Origin: a gamma proteobacterium SCGC AAA076-P13
Lineage (GTDB): Bacteria > Pseudomonadota > Gammaproteobacteria > Magnimaribacterales > D2472
DNA length: 64,000 nucleotides
Direction: 5' to 3'
Assembly (NCBI GenBank): GCA_000384935.1
Contig: ARRA01000002.1
Location: forward strand, 191,700-255,699
Shown: one piece after another, positions 19,449 to 28,845 of the stretch
How positions within the stretch are numbered: position 1 is the first letter of the stretch
Layout of the letters: each line of letters begins with the position of its first letter
Notes under the pieces: model-generated
Database searches by the model: none
Seen by the model: only the letters and a program-made list of their open reading frames with translations
What the model was told of the DNA's origin: nothing
Translations under genes and position numbers: made by a program

Positions 19449-19466
19449 ATTTACCTCTTTTCAAAA

Positions 19467-19479
19467 TTACTAAGTGATA
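19467..19479 (+). promoter_or_regulatory. Candidate LysR T-N11-A box
   Basis: TTACTAAGTGATA overlapping the near-palindrome ATTAC-TAA-GTGAT in the lysR/ACAD intergenic region. Confidence 0.4.
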
Positions 19480-19597
19480 ATGCATTTTTTGATATAGCTT
19501 TGTTGTTAACATAGAGCTATTATTAGTTAAATCAATAAACATACTATTCATCAGACTTATAATGGTAACAAATATAAGTATATAAAGGGAGATTTAA

Positions 19598-20845
19598 ATG
19601 ATGTCAGAACTAAGACCAATTGCTCAAGATTTAATAAAAAGAGTTGATGAATTTATTCACAATGAAATTGCTCATAATGAAAATTTGTACCACGAACAAT
19701 CGAAAGATGAAAATGGAACATGGGTAGTACCTCCAATTATGGAAGAGATGAAGGCAAAAGCAAAAGCCGCTGGCTTATGGAATCTTTTTCTACCTGAAAG
19801 TAAAAATGGTGCGGGTCTGACTAACTATGAATATGCTCATTTGGCAGAAATTATGGGTGCATATGGTATTGCATCTGAAGTATTTAATTGTTCAGCTCCT
19901 GATACAGGAAACATGGAAGTTTTAGAAAGATATGGAAATGATGAACACAAAGAAAAATACTTAAAACCGCTTTTAAATGGTGATATACGTTCTGCTTTTG
20001 CAATGACAGAGCCTGGTGTTGCTTCATCAGATGCTACTAATATTGCTTCTTCAGCTGTCTTAGATGGTGATGAATACGTTATCAATGGAGAAAAGTGGTG
20101 GACATCTGGGGCAGGAGATCCTAGATGTGAAATATTAATTTTCATGTGTGTAACGAATCCAGAAAATCATAGGCACCAAAGACAATCTCAAATTTTAGTT
20201 CCCATGAATTCTGAGGGAATTGAGATTCAAAAGATGATGCATGTATTTGGGTATGATGATGCACCTCACGGTCATGGCCATATTAAATTTACAAATGTAC
20301 GAGTTCCAAAAGAAAATCTATTATTAGGTGAGGGTAGAGGTTTTGAAATTGCTCAGGGAAGACTAGGACCGGGCAGAATCCATCATTGCATGAGAGCAAT
20401 TGGTCTTGCTGAAAGAGCTCTAGAAATGATGTGTAGGCATGGTATGGAGAAAGTTGCTTTTGGAAAACCATTAGTCCAGCTTGGTGGCAATATGGACATC
20501 ATTGCTAACTCAAGAATTGAAATAGATCAAGCAAGATTGCTGACACTCAAAGCTGCTCAGATGATGGATACAGTTGGAAATAAAGTGGCTGCAAGTGAAA
20601 TAGCTCAAATTAAAGTTGTAGCTCCAAACGTATGTTGTGATGTATTAGATAGAGCTATTCAAATGCATGGTGGCGCTGGTGTTTCACAGGTATATCCACT
20701 TGCGCAAATGTATGCCCATATGAGAACTCTAAGACTAGCAGATGGCCCGGATGAAGTTCATAGAAGAGCTGTAGCAAGACATGAGCTTGGCAAATATATG
20801 GTGAAAGATTTAGGTGTAGAGTCTTCAAACATATCCAGAAGCTAA
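19598..20845 (+). CDS. Acyl-CoA dehydrogenase (ACAD10/11-like)
   Basis: [49 protein letters not shown]. Confidence 0.93.
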   Translation: MMSELRPIAQDLIKRVDEFIHNEIAHNENLYHEQSKDENGTWVVPPIMEEMKAKAKAAGLWNLFLPESKNGAGLTNYEYAHLAEIMGAYGIASEVFNCSAPDTGNMEVLERYGNDEHKEKYLKPLLNGDIRSAFAMTEPGVASSDATNIASSAVLDGDEYVINGEKWWTSGAGDPRCEILIFMCVTNPENHRHQRQSQILVPMNSEGIEIQKMMHVFGYDDAPHGHGHIKFTNVRVPKENLLLGEGRGFEIAQGRLGPGRIHHCMRAIGLAERALEMMCRHGMEKVAFGKPLVQLGGNMDIIANSRIEIDQARLLTLKAAQMMDTVGNKVAASEIAQIKVVAPNVCCDVLDRAIQMHGGAGVSQVYPLAQMYAHMRTLRLADGPDEVHRRAVARHELGKYMVKDLGVESSNISRS

Positions 20846-20852
20846 CCTTATT

Positions 20853-22262
20853 TTGACAAATAATTTCAATTTAGTTTTTTACGACACTGAAACGACTGGA
20901 ATTCAAAAAGATTTTAGTCAAATTCTTCAATGCGGATCTGTCCTAACTAACAGTAAATTAGACACATTAGATGAACAAAATATAGGCTGTGCTCCTTTGC
21001 CCTGGGTTATTCCTCAACCAATGGCAATGATTACTAATAAAAAGATTGACCTCTTTAATTCAAATATATCCCATTATCAAATGATGAAGGATCTTCAACT
21101 TCAATGGAAGGAATGGTCAGCGCAAAACCCATCAATATTTATAACTTATAACGGGCATGCTTTTGATGAAGAGTTGGTTAGAAGACAGTTTTTTTGGAAT
21201 TTATTAGAACCTTATACGACTAATACTAATGGCAATGGCAGACTAGATTTAATGCTAATGATTCATAATATTGCTGCATATTTTTCTGATGAAATATCTA
21301 TGCCTTTATTTGAAGGAGGCCCAGGCATTAGTTATAAGCTAGAGCATTTAGCCATAGAGCATGGTATTGATGCTGGTGATGCCCATGACGCAATAGCTGA
21401 TTGTAATCTTATGATTGAGATGTGCAGAATTATCAAAGAAAAACTACCTGAGGTATTTGAATCCTTTGTGAAGATTTCAACAAAGCCTGGAATTAAATCT
21501 TTACTTTATTCTGAAGAATTTTTAGCATTGGGTGAAATTCATAGAAGGCATACATTTAAGTATCCAGTAGTTTTATGTGGTGCCGATGCTAGCAGACCTA
21601 ATGAAATTGTTTTCTATGATTTAAGTTATGATCCTGAAGACATACTTGATTTAGATTTCACAGAAATAAATAAATTAATTCAATCAAAAGGCAGGGATGG
21701 ACCCCTTAAAAAATACAAGATTAATAAAACAATCCCTGTATGTTCTTCAAAATATCTTAAAAATCCCGATGTTTTTGATATAGAATTTTCTGAATTACAA
21801 AGAAGAGCAGATTTAGTTAGATCAGATAAAGATTTCCAACAAAAAGTATCTCAAGCTATGGAAGATAGGATGATGAGTTTTCCTGAGTCTGAGCATATTG
21901 AAGGAACCATATATTCAGGTGGTTTTCCTTCATACAAAGATAAAGATTTAATGCAAGAATTTCATATGTCTAAGGATCTTAATCATTTAGTAAAAATTTC
22001 TAGAAACTTCGAAGATGAAAGATTGAGAATTTTTGCAGAAAGAATAATTTGTACTGAATATTCAACAAATATACCTGATGATATTAACAATAGGTATCAG
22101 GAACTCATAGATGAAAGAAATGGAACAGACGGTTTGTGGGGCTCAATAGACAAATCCCTATTACAAATTGAAAAATTGCTAGGTGAAAGAGACGATGATG
22201 AGAGTCAAAAAATACTAAGCGCTACTAAGATAAAAATTGAGTCTATGAAAGTAGGTTTATAA
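20853..22262 (+). CDS. sbcB: Exodeoxyribonuclease I
   Basis: DEDDh motifs FYDTETTG, YNGHAFD, AHDAIAD; TTG start. Confidence 0.82.
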   Translation: MTNNFNLVFYDTETTGIQKDFSQILQCGSVLTNSKLDTLDEQNIGCAPLPWVIPQPMAMITNKKIDLFNSNISHYQMMKDLQLQWKEWSAQNPSIFITYNGHAFDEELVRRQFFWNLLEPYTTNTNGNGRLDLMLMIHNIAAYFSDEISMPLFEGGPGISYKLEHLAIEHGIDAGDAHDAIADCNLMIEMCRIIKEKLPEVFESFVKISTKPGIKSLLYSEEFLALGEIHRRHTFKYPVVLCGADASRPNEIVFYDLSYDPEDILDLDFTEINKLIQSKGRDGPLKKYKINKTIPVCSSKYLKNPDVFDIEFSELQRRADLVRSDKDFQQKVSQAMEDRMMSFPESEHIEGTIYSGGFPSYKDKDLMQEFHMSKDLNHLVKISRNFEDERLRIFAERIICTEYSTNIPDDINNRYQELIDERNGTDGLWGSIDKSLLQIEKLLGERDDDESQKILSATKIKIESMKVGL

Positions 22263-22289
22263 AAAAATGGAGGACTAAGTCCTCCATTT
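22261..22289 (-). terminator. Intrinsic terminator with its U-tract on the minus strand
   Basis: Inverted repeat AAATGGAGGAC-TAA-GTCCTCCATTT (22265-22289) overlapping an A7 run at 22261-22267. Confidence 0.8.
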
Positions 22290-22329
22290 AGACTAGCAAA
22301 TTCTAATAGGGGGGAGACGTTGCTAGTTG
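22261..22329 (-). ncRNA. Candidate small RNA (about 68 nt) with a C-rich loop
   Basis: Minus-strand TTGATA-16-TACAAT promoter (22362-22335), 5' stem ACUAGCAA/UUGCUAGU enclosing UCUCCCCCC, then the terminator. Confidence 0.5.
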
Positions 22330-22471
22330 CACACATTGTATTAATACTTTCATTCTTATCAATACAATTTCCTCTAATAATCCATTTATCGCTAGGTGAG
22401 AATATATATATTTAAAGAACATATTTTTTTGGAACACTGAAGATAATAAATTCTGTATAATACTTTTTCTT

Positions 22472-22550
22472 AGACCCGTAGCTCAGTTTTGGTTAGAGCG
22501 CCGCATTGACATTGCGGAGGTCGATGGTTCGAGTCCATTCGGGTCTACCA
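22472..22550 (+). tRNA. tRNA-Val(GAC)
   Basis: AGACCCG/CGGGTCT acceptor stem, anticodon loop TTGACAT, CCA. Confidence 0.96.
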
Positions 22551-22635
22551 CTTTATTTTAAATATCAAGAACCTTTAATGACTTGTACTTAAAAGGTATG
22601 AGGATGCTAAACTCTTTAAATATTATTTTAGGATT

Positions 22636-23400
22636 ATGCCAATAATTAAAGCTAACAATCTTGTAAAAACATACAAAGATCCAAAAGATTCAAATAAGTA
22701 CCTTAAAGCTGTTGATGGAATATCTCTATCTATTAATGCAGGGGAAATTTATGGGATATTAGGCCCTAACGGAGCAGGAAAAACTACAACACTTGAAATG
22801 TTAGAAGGTCTTAAAGATATAGATGATGGGACAGCTTTTATTAATTCAATTAATGTAAGTATTAATCCCTATCAAGTTAAGCAGGTTATTGGAGTTCAGC
22901 TTCAGGCAAATGAGTATTTTGATAACATGAGTTTATCCGAACTACTTAACTTATTTAGTGCCTTGTACAGTTCATCAAATGATCCCATGGAGCTTTTAAA
23001 TAAAGTCAATTTAGGAGATAAGGCTAGCGCAAAAGCAAACGAGCTATCAGGTGGTCAAAAGCAAAGATTTTCTATTGCCTGCGCATTGGTTAATAACCCA
23101 CTAGTATTATTTTTAGACGAACCAACCACAGGGCTAGATCCACAGGCAAAGCGAAGCTTGTGGGACCTAGTCTTGGATTTAAATAAAATGGGGATGACCA
23201 TTGTTTTAACTACTCACAATATGGAAGAAGCTCAAGTATTATGTCAAAGAATAGCCATAATGGATTATGGAAAAATTATTGCAGAAGATACTCCACAAAA
23301 TTTAATTCTACAACATGCCCCAGACAAGCAGAGAGAGGTCATTAGTGGAAATATGGAAGATGTCTTTATAGCCTTAACAGGTCATGGGTTAAGGGATTAA
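22636..23400 (+). CDS. ABC-2 type exporter ATP-binding protein
   Basis: GPNGAGKT, LSGGQ, LFLDEPTTGLD. Confidence 0.95.
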   Translation: MPIIKANNLVKTYKDPKDSNKYLKAVDGISLSINAGEIYGILGPNGAGKTTTLEMLEGLKDIDDGTAFINSINVSINPYQVKQVIGVQLQANEYFDNMSLSELLNLFSALYSSSNDPMELLNKVNLGDKASAKANELSGGQKQRFSIACALVNNPLVLFLDEPTTGLDPQAKRSLWDLVLDLNKMGMTIVLTTHNMEEAQVLCQRIAIMDYGKIIAEDTPQNLILQHAPDKQREVISGNMEDVFIALTGHGLRD

Positions 23401-23401
23401 T

Positions 23402-24490
23402 ATGTTTAGTAAACCCCAAGCTTATTTAACAAAGGTATTTATCCAAATTTTTTTAAGAAATAAGCAATATATTATTTTTAGCCTCATTCTTCCTCTTTTA
23501 ATTTTAGGAATAGTTGGGCTTAATGATGGCGATGCTGATCCTATAGATATTGGTTTAGTTAACAATTCTGAATCAAACTTATCTCAAGAATTTATTGAGC
23601 AGTTGACTTCGAATAATATATTTAATGTTATACAAGATAGTGAAGATAAATTACGTACAGATTTAATTAATGGTGACTTAATGGTTGTGTTAATTATTCC
23701 TAGAGCCATGAATATTGAAATAGATAATTTAAATATTAAGCTTTTGGTAGATAAATCTCAAACCCAATTCATTCAGACAATAGAGCCTATTCTTAATCAA
23801 TCCCTCTTGTCTATTGAGCGTAAAATTACCGGTAATACTCCTATGTTTAAATTGGTAGTGGAGGACGTTAAATCAAGAACATTAAGTTATATTGATTTTC
23901 TTTTGCCAGGAATTATGGCTTTTATGCTAATGAACTTAAGTATTGCTGGAAGCGGTTTTAATGTGGTTGAATTTAGGCGAAGAGGCATTCTTAAGCGCCT
24001 TTTTGTTACCCCAATAAAACCTATTGATTTTGTTATATCTATAGTAATAGCAAGAATGGTAATAGTTTTAGGTCAGTTGAGTATTATTTTTAGTTTTGCT
24101 TTATTTATATTAGATGCAAATGTAGTTGGCAATATTTTTAACTTATATTTCGTGATAGTTTTAGGTATTCTTATGTTTTTAACTCTAGGTTTTTCATTAG
24201 GCAGCTTAGCAAAAACACAAGAAAGCGTTGGAGTTCTGGCAACAATATTTATATACCCTCAATTAGTACTATCAGGGGTGTTTTTTCCTTTAGAATCTTT
24301 ACCAATATTTATACAGCCATTCGCAGAAATTTTACCTCTAACCTTGGTAGCTGACGCAATGAGATCAATTGCTAACGATGGACTGCAGCTAGTGGACATT
24401 TATTCAAACTTTATCGGTATAGCGTTTTGGATAGTTATTGGGATGCTAGTTTCTACGAAGTTGTTTATTTGGAAAGAGGTGGCTGGCTAA
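23402..24490 (+). CDS. ABC-2 type exporter permease
   Basis: YIDFLLPG, GILKRL and LSGVFFP motifs; follows the ATPase gene. Confidence 0.92.
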   Translation: MFSKPQAYLTKVFIQIFLRNKQYIIFSLILPLLILGIVGLNDGDADPIDIGLVNNSESNLSQEFIEQLTSNNIFNVIQDSEDKLRTDLINGDLMVVLIIPRAMNIEIDNLNIKLLVDKSQTQFIQTIEPILNQSLLSIERKITGNTPMFKLVVEDVKSRTLSYIDFLLPGIMAFMLMNLSIAGSGFNVVEFRRRGILKRLFVTPIKPIDFVISIVIARMVIVLGQLSIIFSFALFILDANVVGNIFNLYFVIVLGILMFLTLGFSLGSLAKTQESVGVLATIFIYPQLVLSGVFFPLESLPIFIQPFAEILPLTLVADAMRSIANDGLQLVDIYSNFIGIAFWIVIGMLVSTKLFIWKEVAG

Positions 24491-24508
24491 ATTTTATAAA
24501 TATTTTTA

Positions 24509-24946
24509 TTACAGGCTATTTATATAAGACTCCAATCTATCTTTATTCATAACAAATGAAGACTTCTTGATTTCTGCAATAGCTTTTAACGACTCTAAAT
24601 TATCAATATTTTTTCCTACTCTAATTAGTCCAACCATAGCCATCATAGAATGAGGTGTACATTGATAACCGTAAATGCCTGGCACATCAAATGTAACACT
24701 TATATTTTTACTTAAAGGTCCACTCCAAGACGTTGCACCATTTGGAATCATGCCGTCAATTGACTCAGAGTTATGAGCAGCATCAGTTGCCTCAAAGATA
24801 ACAGTATCACCAACATCAACGTCAAGAACAGATGGCTCAAAAATCATAATACCTTCAGGGCCTTGATTAAGCATTTTAACTATATGAGTTTCAGCCGTTA
24901 TACCTAGGCTGATAAAAAAAGTTATAGTTATAAATATATTTTTCAT
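24509..24946 (-). CDS. Pseudoazurin / type-1 blue copper protein
   Basis: Signal peptide, VKMLN, HNSES and CTPHSMMAM copper ligands. Confidence 0.88.
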   Translation of the reverse strand: MKNIFITITFFISLGITAETHIVKMLNQGPEGIMIFEPSVLDVDVGDTVIFEATDAAHNSESIDGMIPNGATSWSGPLSKNISVTFDVPGIYGYQCTPHSMMAMVGLIRVGKNIDNLESLKAIAEIKKSSFVMNKDRLESYINSL

Positions 24947-25098
24947 AATAGTTTCTCAGTAATAATTAATAAAATTGTAACGATAGATAAGAAAAGAAAT
25001 CCTAAAATGATAGACGTTATTAATATCTTAAGAGGGGACGGAGAAAAGTTATCATCACCACCACCAACTCCTATCAAAAGTTTAAAAACTCTAATCAA
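24943..25098 (-). CDS. Small single-TM protein (51 aa), DUF2970-like; absent from the supplied ORF track
   Basis: TTG start; MIRVFKLLIGVGGGDDNFSPSPLKILITSIILGFLFLSIVTILLIITEKLL*; overlaps the upstream gene by 8 nt and the pseudoazurin start by ATGA. Confidence 0.6.
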   Translation of the reverse strand: MIRVFKLLIGVGGGDDNFSPSPLKILITSIILGFLFLSIVTILLIITEKLL

Positions 25099-25273
25099 AG
25101 ACTATTCCAGTTAGCATCATAGAAAATAGCATTAAAGCCAACACAACTACTTGTATAGCAGCAGGAATAACTACAAACATAACTAATGGGTCAAACTTCA
25201 TTGCCATAAAATAGTCTGTTTGACTCCATTCTAAAGCCTCTTGAGGGGTGGCGTTCTTAACTTGTGTGTTCAA
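25091..25273 (-). CDS. Small hypothetical membrane protein (60 aa)
   Basis: TTG start with GGAG SD; C-terminal hydrophobic helix. Confidence 0.7.
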   Translation of the reverse strand: MNTQVKNATPQEALEWSQTDYFMAMKFDPLVMFVVIPAAIQVVVLALMLFSMMLTGIVFD

Positions 25274-25412
25274 TATATAGCTCCATATGTTGTTAAAACG
25301 TCTTTATTATATATATTTATAATCATATATCAATAAAACTTATAATATTAATTGTATTATTTGATTCATATAGAATAAAAAAAATATATAATATTTTTTT
25401 AAGGAAAATCAA

Positions 25413-26603
25413 ATGACATCTACTCCCAAATTTTTAATATTTTTTAATGTAATATTTCTTGCTTCATTAAGTTCAAGTGATATGTATTACCCTGAAAACG
25501 TATGGGAATTATCATCCCCAGAAAGCCAAAATGTTGACTCAGAAAAAGTTAATAAACTTATAAATTTATCTTTTAATGATCAGTCTACTTTGGGCGTAGT
25601 TGTTATAAAAAATGGAAAAATTATTGGAGAAAGATATGCAGATGGTTATGACTCCTCTTCTCATGGAACATCATGGTCAATGGCTAAAAGTTACTATGCA
25701 GCTCTGGTTGGTATCTCTATTGAAAAAGGTGAGATAGGAAGCCTTGATGATAAAGTTGGAAAGTACCTTAATTATTATAATGACGAAAGATCAGAGATCA
25801 CAATTAGGGATCTTTTAGATATGTCTAGTGGTTTAGATTTCCCTGCCCATGAACATGAAAAAATGTTCTTCCAAAGCAATCATTTGGATTATGCAAAATC
25901 AGTTGGAGTTGAAAAAGATGCAGGTCTTAAATGGGAATATAACAATGTAAATTCAATGATTATTGGTGATATTCTCCATTCTGTAACTGGAGTTAAAGCG
26001 GACAAGCTTCTTTCTGAAAGAATATTTAAACCAATTGGAATGAAAGATTTTAAACTTTGGAAAGATGAACATGGAAATGTTCTTACTTACTGTTGCGTAG
26101 ATATGTCTGCCCAAGACTATTCAAAGTTTGGTTTACTATTTGCTAGAAACGGTCAATGGAGCGGAAAGCAAATAATACCTAAGGCTTTTATAGACGAGAC
26201 ATTTAAAGTTGTTTGGGGCTTCACGCCAGAAAGTCCAAGAAGAGGCTATTCATTGCATTGGTGGATTTCTAAACATGACGATGAAAGTAGAATATTTAAT
26301 ACGTCTGGTAAGTTTGGCCAATACACCTTTGTAGATAGAGAAAATGATGTTGTTTTTACAAGAATAACTAAATATGCTCAAAATGATGATGGCGATATTC
26401 AAAAATGGGGCCCGCTTAAATATTTTAGATGGGCAGGAGTATCAACCGCTGTAATGACAGCGAGAACCCTTTTAGACCTTGGTATTATTAAAGAGGGTAC
26501 TGATGTAGTAACTCCTATAACTGAAGAAATAGGCGAGTCTAAAGAGTTTTACCAAGATTATGAAAAAATTATAGATGCAATGGCAGACTTAAGTAGAGAT
26601 TAA
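25413..26603 (+). CDS. Serine hydrolase, beta-lactamase/AmpC family
   Basis: SxxK (SMAK), YxN (YNN), SGKFGQ motif, signal peptide. Confidence 0.88.
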   Translation: MTSTPKFLIFFNVIFLASLSSSDMYYPENVWELSSPESQNVDSEKVNKLINLSFNDQSTLGVVVIKNGKIIGERYADGYDSSSHGTSWSMAKSYYAALVGISIEKGEIGSLDDKVGKYLNYYNDERSEITIRDLLDMSSGLDFPAHEHEKMFFQSNHLDYAKSVGVEKDAGLKWEYNNVNSMIIGDILHSVTGVKADKLLSERIFKPIGMKDFKLWKDEHGNVLTYCCVDMSAQDYSKFGLLFARNGQWSGKQIIPKAFIDETFKVVWGFTPESPRRGYSLHWWISKHDDESRIFNTSGKFGQYTFVDRENDVVFTRITKYAQNDDGDIQKWGPLKYFRWAGVSTAVMTARTLLDLGIIKEGTDVVTPITEEIGESKEFYQDYEKIIDAMADLSRD

Positions 26604-26782
26604 TCCTCTTTCTGTTTTTTTATTAAATAAGCTCCCATGTCTTTTTTCCATTCTTCAAGATAGTAGCCGTCATTGCCATGCTTGTTTAGATATTTAAAAA
26701 AAACCCTCCCATCTTCATCTTCAAAACCAGCCTCAAAAGGTTTTCCTGTTAACTTATTTGGTCTTTTAAAAGAATCATCCAT
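26600..26782 (-). CDS. Small hypothetical protein (60 aa)
   Basis: ORF overlaps the upstream minus-strand gene; charged and aromatic composition. Confidence 0.65.
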   Translation of the reverse strand: MDDSFKRPNKLTGKPFEAGFEDEDGRVFFKYLNKHGNDGYYLEEWKKDMGAYLIKKQKED

Positions 26783-27044
26783 TATTTTTTATTATTTGTT
26801 TAAAAATTAGAGCAACTTCTTTTGTTCTATCTTTAGATCTTTTAGGTAAAGAAAAATACTCATCTATTAATGAGTATAAGAGGTAATGCGGCTGTTCTGA
26901 GTATTTTACTCCATCTGCAAATGATACAAATGCAACAGTTTTCTTATTATTAAACTTTTTTAAATTATGTTTTTTGTCATGCATAGTGATGCAGACTTTT
27001 TTAATTTTTTTAAAATACTCTTCAAGACTATCGTCTTCAAGCAT
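26775..27044 (-). CDS. Hypothetical protein
   Basis: ORF between the SLC13 permease and the 60-aa gene; start uncertain (ATG 27044 chosen). Confidence 0.55.
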   Translation of the reverse strand: MLEDDSLEEYFKKIKKVCITMHDKKHNLKKFNNKKTVAFVSFADGVKYSEQPHYLLYSLIDEYFSLPKRSKDRTKEVALIFKQIIKNNG

Positions 27045-27060
27045 AGTTGGAAATTTCAAT

Positions 27061-28827
27061 CTAAGTCCAGACAAATAAAATCATTGGAATCGAAACAGTA
27101 ATAATTAGTAAATCTAATGGCAGGCCTAACCTCCAATAATCAGTAAATTTATAGTTACCAGGGCCCATTATTACAGTATTACATTGATGACCAATAGGCG
27201 TTAAAAATGCACAGCTTGCACCAACTGCCACGACCATTAAGAAAGGTTCAATTGCATAACCTAGCTCTATTGCAATTCCTGCAGAGATTGGAGCCATTAT
27301 CACTGCCGTTGCTGCATTATTTATAATATCAGTAGTGGCCATTGTTATGACTAATATCAAGAATAGTAACCAAAAGAGGCTCATATCAGATGCATATAAT
27401 GAGATGTTTGATGATATTACATCACTAAGGCCGGTTGTCTGAAGAGCAGTCCCAATTGGAATCATTGCAGCAAGCATTATTATTATTGGCCAATCAATAT
27501 CTCTATAGAAATTACTATCAATAATTTTAATTCTAGCAAAGCCTAAAACACATAAAAGAAATGCTGCTGATGTTGGAAGAACATTTAAGGCAACTAAGAT
27601 AATCGAAGTCGTAAAAAATACTAAACCTTTTAATAATCTACTTCTACTAGGAATTGTTTGAAGTTCTCTCTGTCTTAGAGGCATTAGGCCAAGATGTTTT
27701 ATTTTATTAGTTACGTCTTCTTCATCAAGATCCCTAACACCTAAAAGCAACACATCTCCTGCTCTAAATGTTTCTCTAGTTAGCCTTGTTCTATATCTTG
27801 CTCCTTTTCTCCAAAGACCAAGTAGATTGAGCTCTTCATACGCGAGTTTTAAGAAAAAATCATATTTTCTTCCAATTAATCTAGAGCCTGGGGTTATCAT
27901 AGCTTCAATTTCTTCTAAATCTTCATCTTTAAAAGAGTGAAGCTCCTCTGGAATAGAAAAACCAAATACATCAAGAATTGTTCCAATTTCATCGGGTGGG
28001 GTTTTAATTACAAGGATTTGATCTGGTTTAATTCTTAAATTATTTTTAACTTTCTTCACACCCCCTGACTCACTTACTATACCAATGACTTCTGTGTCTT
28101 CGCCAGCTTCTTTTTTAAATGCGGATAAGGTCATTCCAATAGCTGAACTGTCTTCATTTACTGATACTTCAAATAAATACCCCTTAAGATCTATTAACGC
28201 TGAGCCTGAATTAGAATTTTCTCTTAGTTGAATAAATTTATTTCCAATAACAGCGATAAATACAATACTTAAGAGTGTAATGACGAGACCAACATAGGAA
28301 AAATCAAAAAAATTGAAGCCAGCACTTGAAATTGTTGATTTGTACTCAGAAATAATTATGTTTGGGGGCGTTCCAATGGTTGTATTCATTCCACCTAAAA
28401 TACAGGCAAATGCGAGTGGCATTAAAAATCTAGAAGGGTGCCAATCCATCTTTTGACAAATATTTAGTGTTATAGGAAGAAGAATGGCAAGGGCACCAAT
28501 ATTATTAATAAATGAAGATAATATTGCAGCTATTAATAACAGTGAAATTAAAAATTGAAATTTAGTAAAACTTCTTCCACCAATAATTTTTCCAACAAGG
28601 CCTGTTAGCCCAGAATTTTTTAGGCCTTGGCTAATAATCAATACCAGTGCAACTGTAATAACGGCAGGATGAGCAAAGCCGTCAAATGCTTGATTTGAAG
28701 GAATAACTCCTAAAATAATAAGTGTGACCAAGGCACCTGACGCCAAGGCATCATATCTAAATTTACCCCAAATAAATAAACCTAATAATGAAACAATTGT
28801 TATCGATAATATATATTGATCACTCAT
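27061..28827 (-). CDS. SLC13/DASS family permease with TrkA-C domains
   Basis: SFINN, TIGTPPN, INNAATA, FLTPIGHQCN..VIMGPGNYKF. Confidence 0.9.
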   Translation of the reverse strand: MSDQYILSITIVSLLGLFIWGKFRYDALASGALVTLIILGVIPSNQAFDGFAHPAVITVALVLIISQGLKNSGLTGLVGKIIGGRSFTKFQFLISLLLIAAILSSFINNIGALAILLPITLNICQKMDWHPSRFLMPLAFACILGGMNTTIGTPPNIIISEYKSTISSAGFNFFDFSYVGLVITLLSIVFIAVIGNKFIQLRENSNSGSALIDLKGYLFEVSVNEDSSAIGMTLSAFKKEAGEDTEVIGIVSESGGVKKVKNNLRIKPDQILVIKTPPDEIGTILDVFGFSIPEELHSFKDEDLEEIEAMITPGSRLIGRKYDFFLKLAYEELNLLGLWRKGARYRTRLTRETFRAGDVLLLGVRDLDEEDVTNKIKHLGLMPLRQRELQTIPSRSRLLKGLVFFTTSIILVALNVLPTSAAFLLCVLGFARIKIIDSNFYRDIDWPIIIMLAAMIPIGTALQTTGLSDVISSNISLYASDMSLFWLLFLILVITMATTDIINNAATAVIMAPISAGIAIELGYAIEPFLMVVAVGASCAFLTPIGHQCNTVIMGPGNYKFTDYWRLGLPLDLLIITVSIPMILFVWT

Positions 28828-28845
28828 ACAGAAGTATTGATATTG

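Noticed and set aside
6356-22550. Genomic island bounded by tRNA-Leu and tRNA-Val
   Set aside because: No integrase, no duplicated tRNA 3' end (att site) and no visible compositional shift; the interval includes housekeeping genes.
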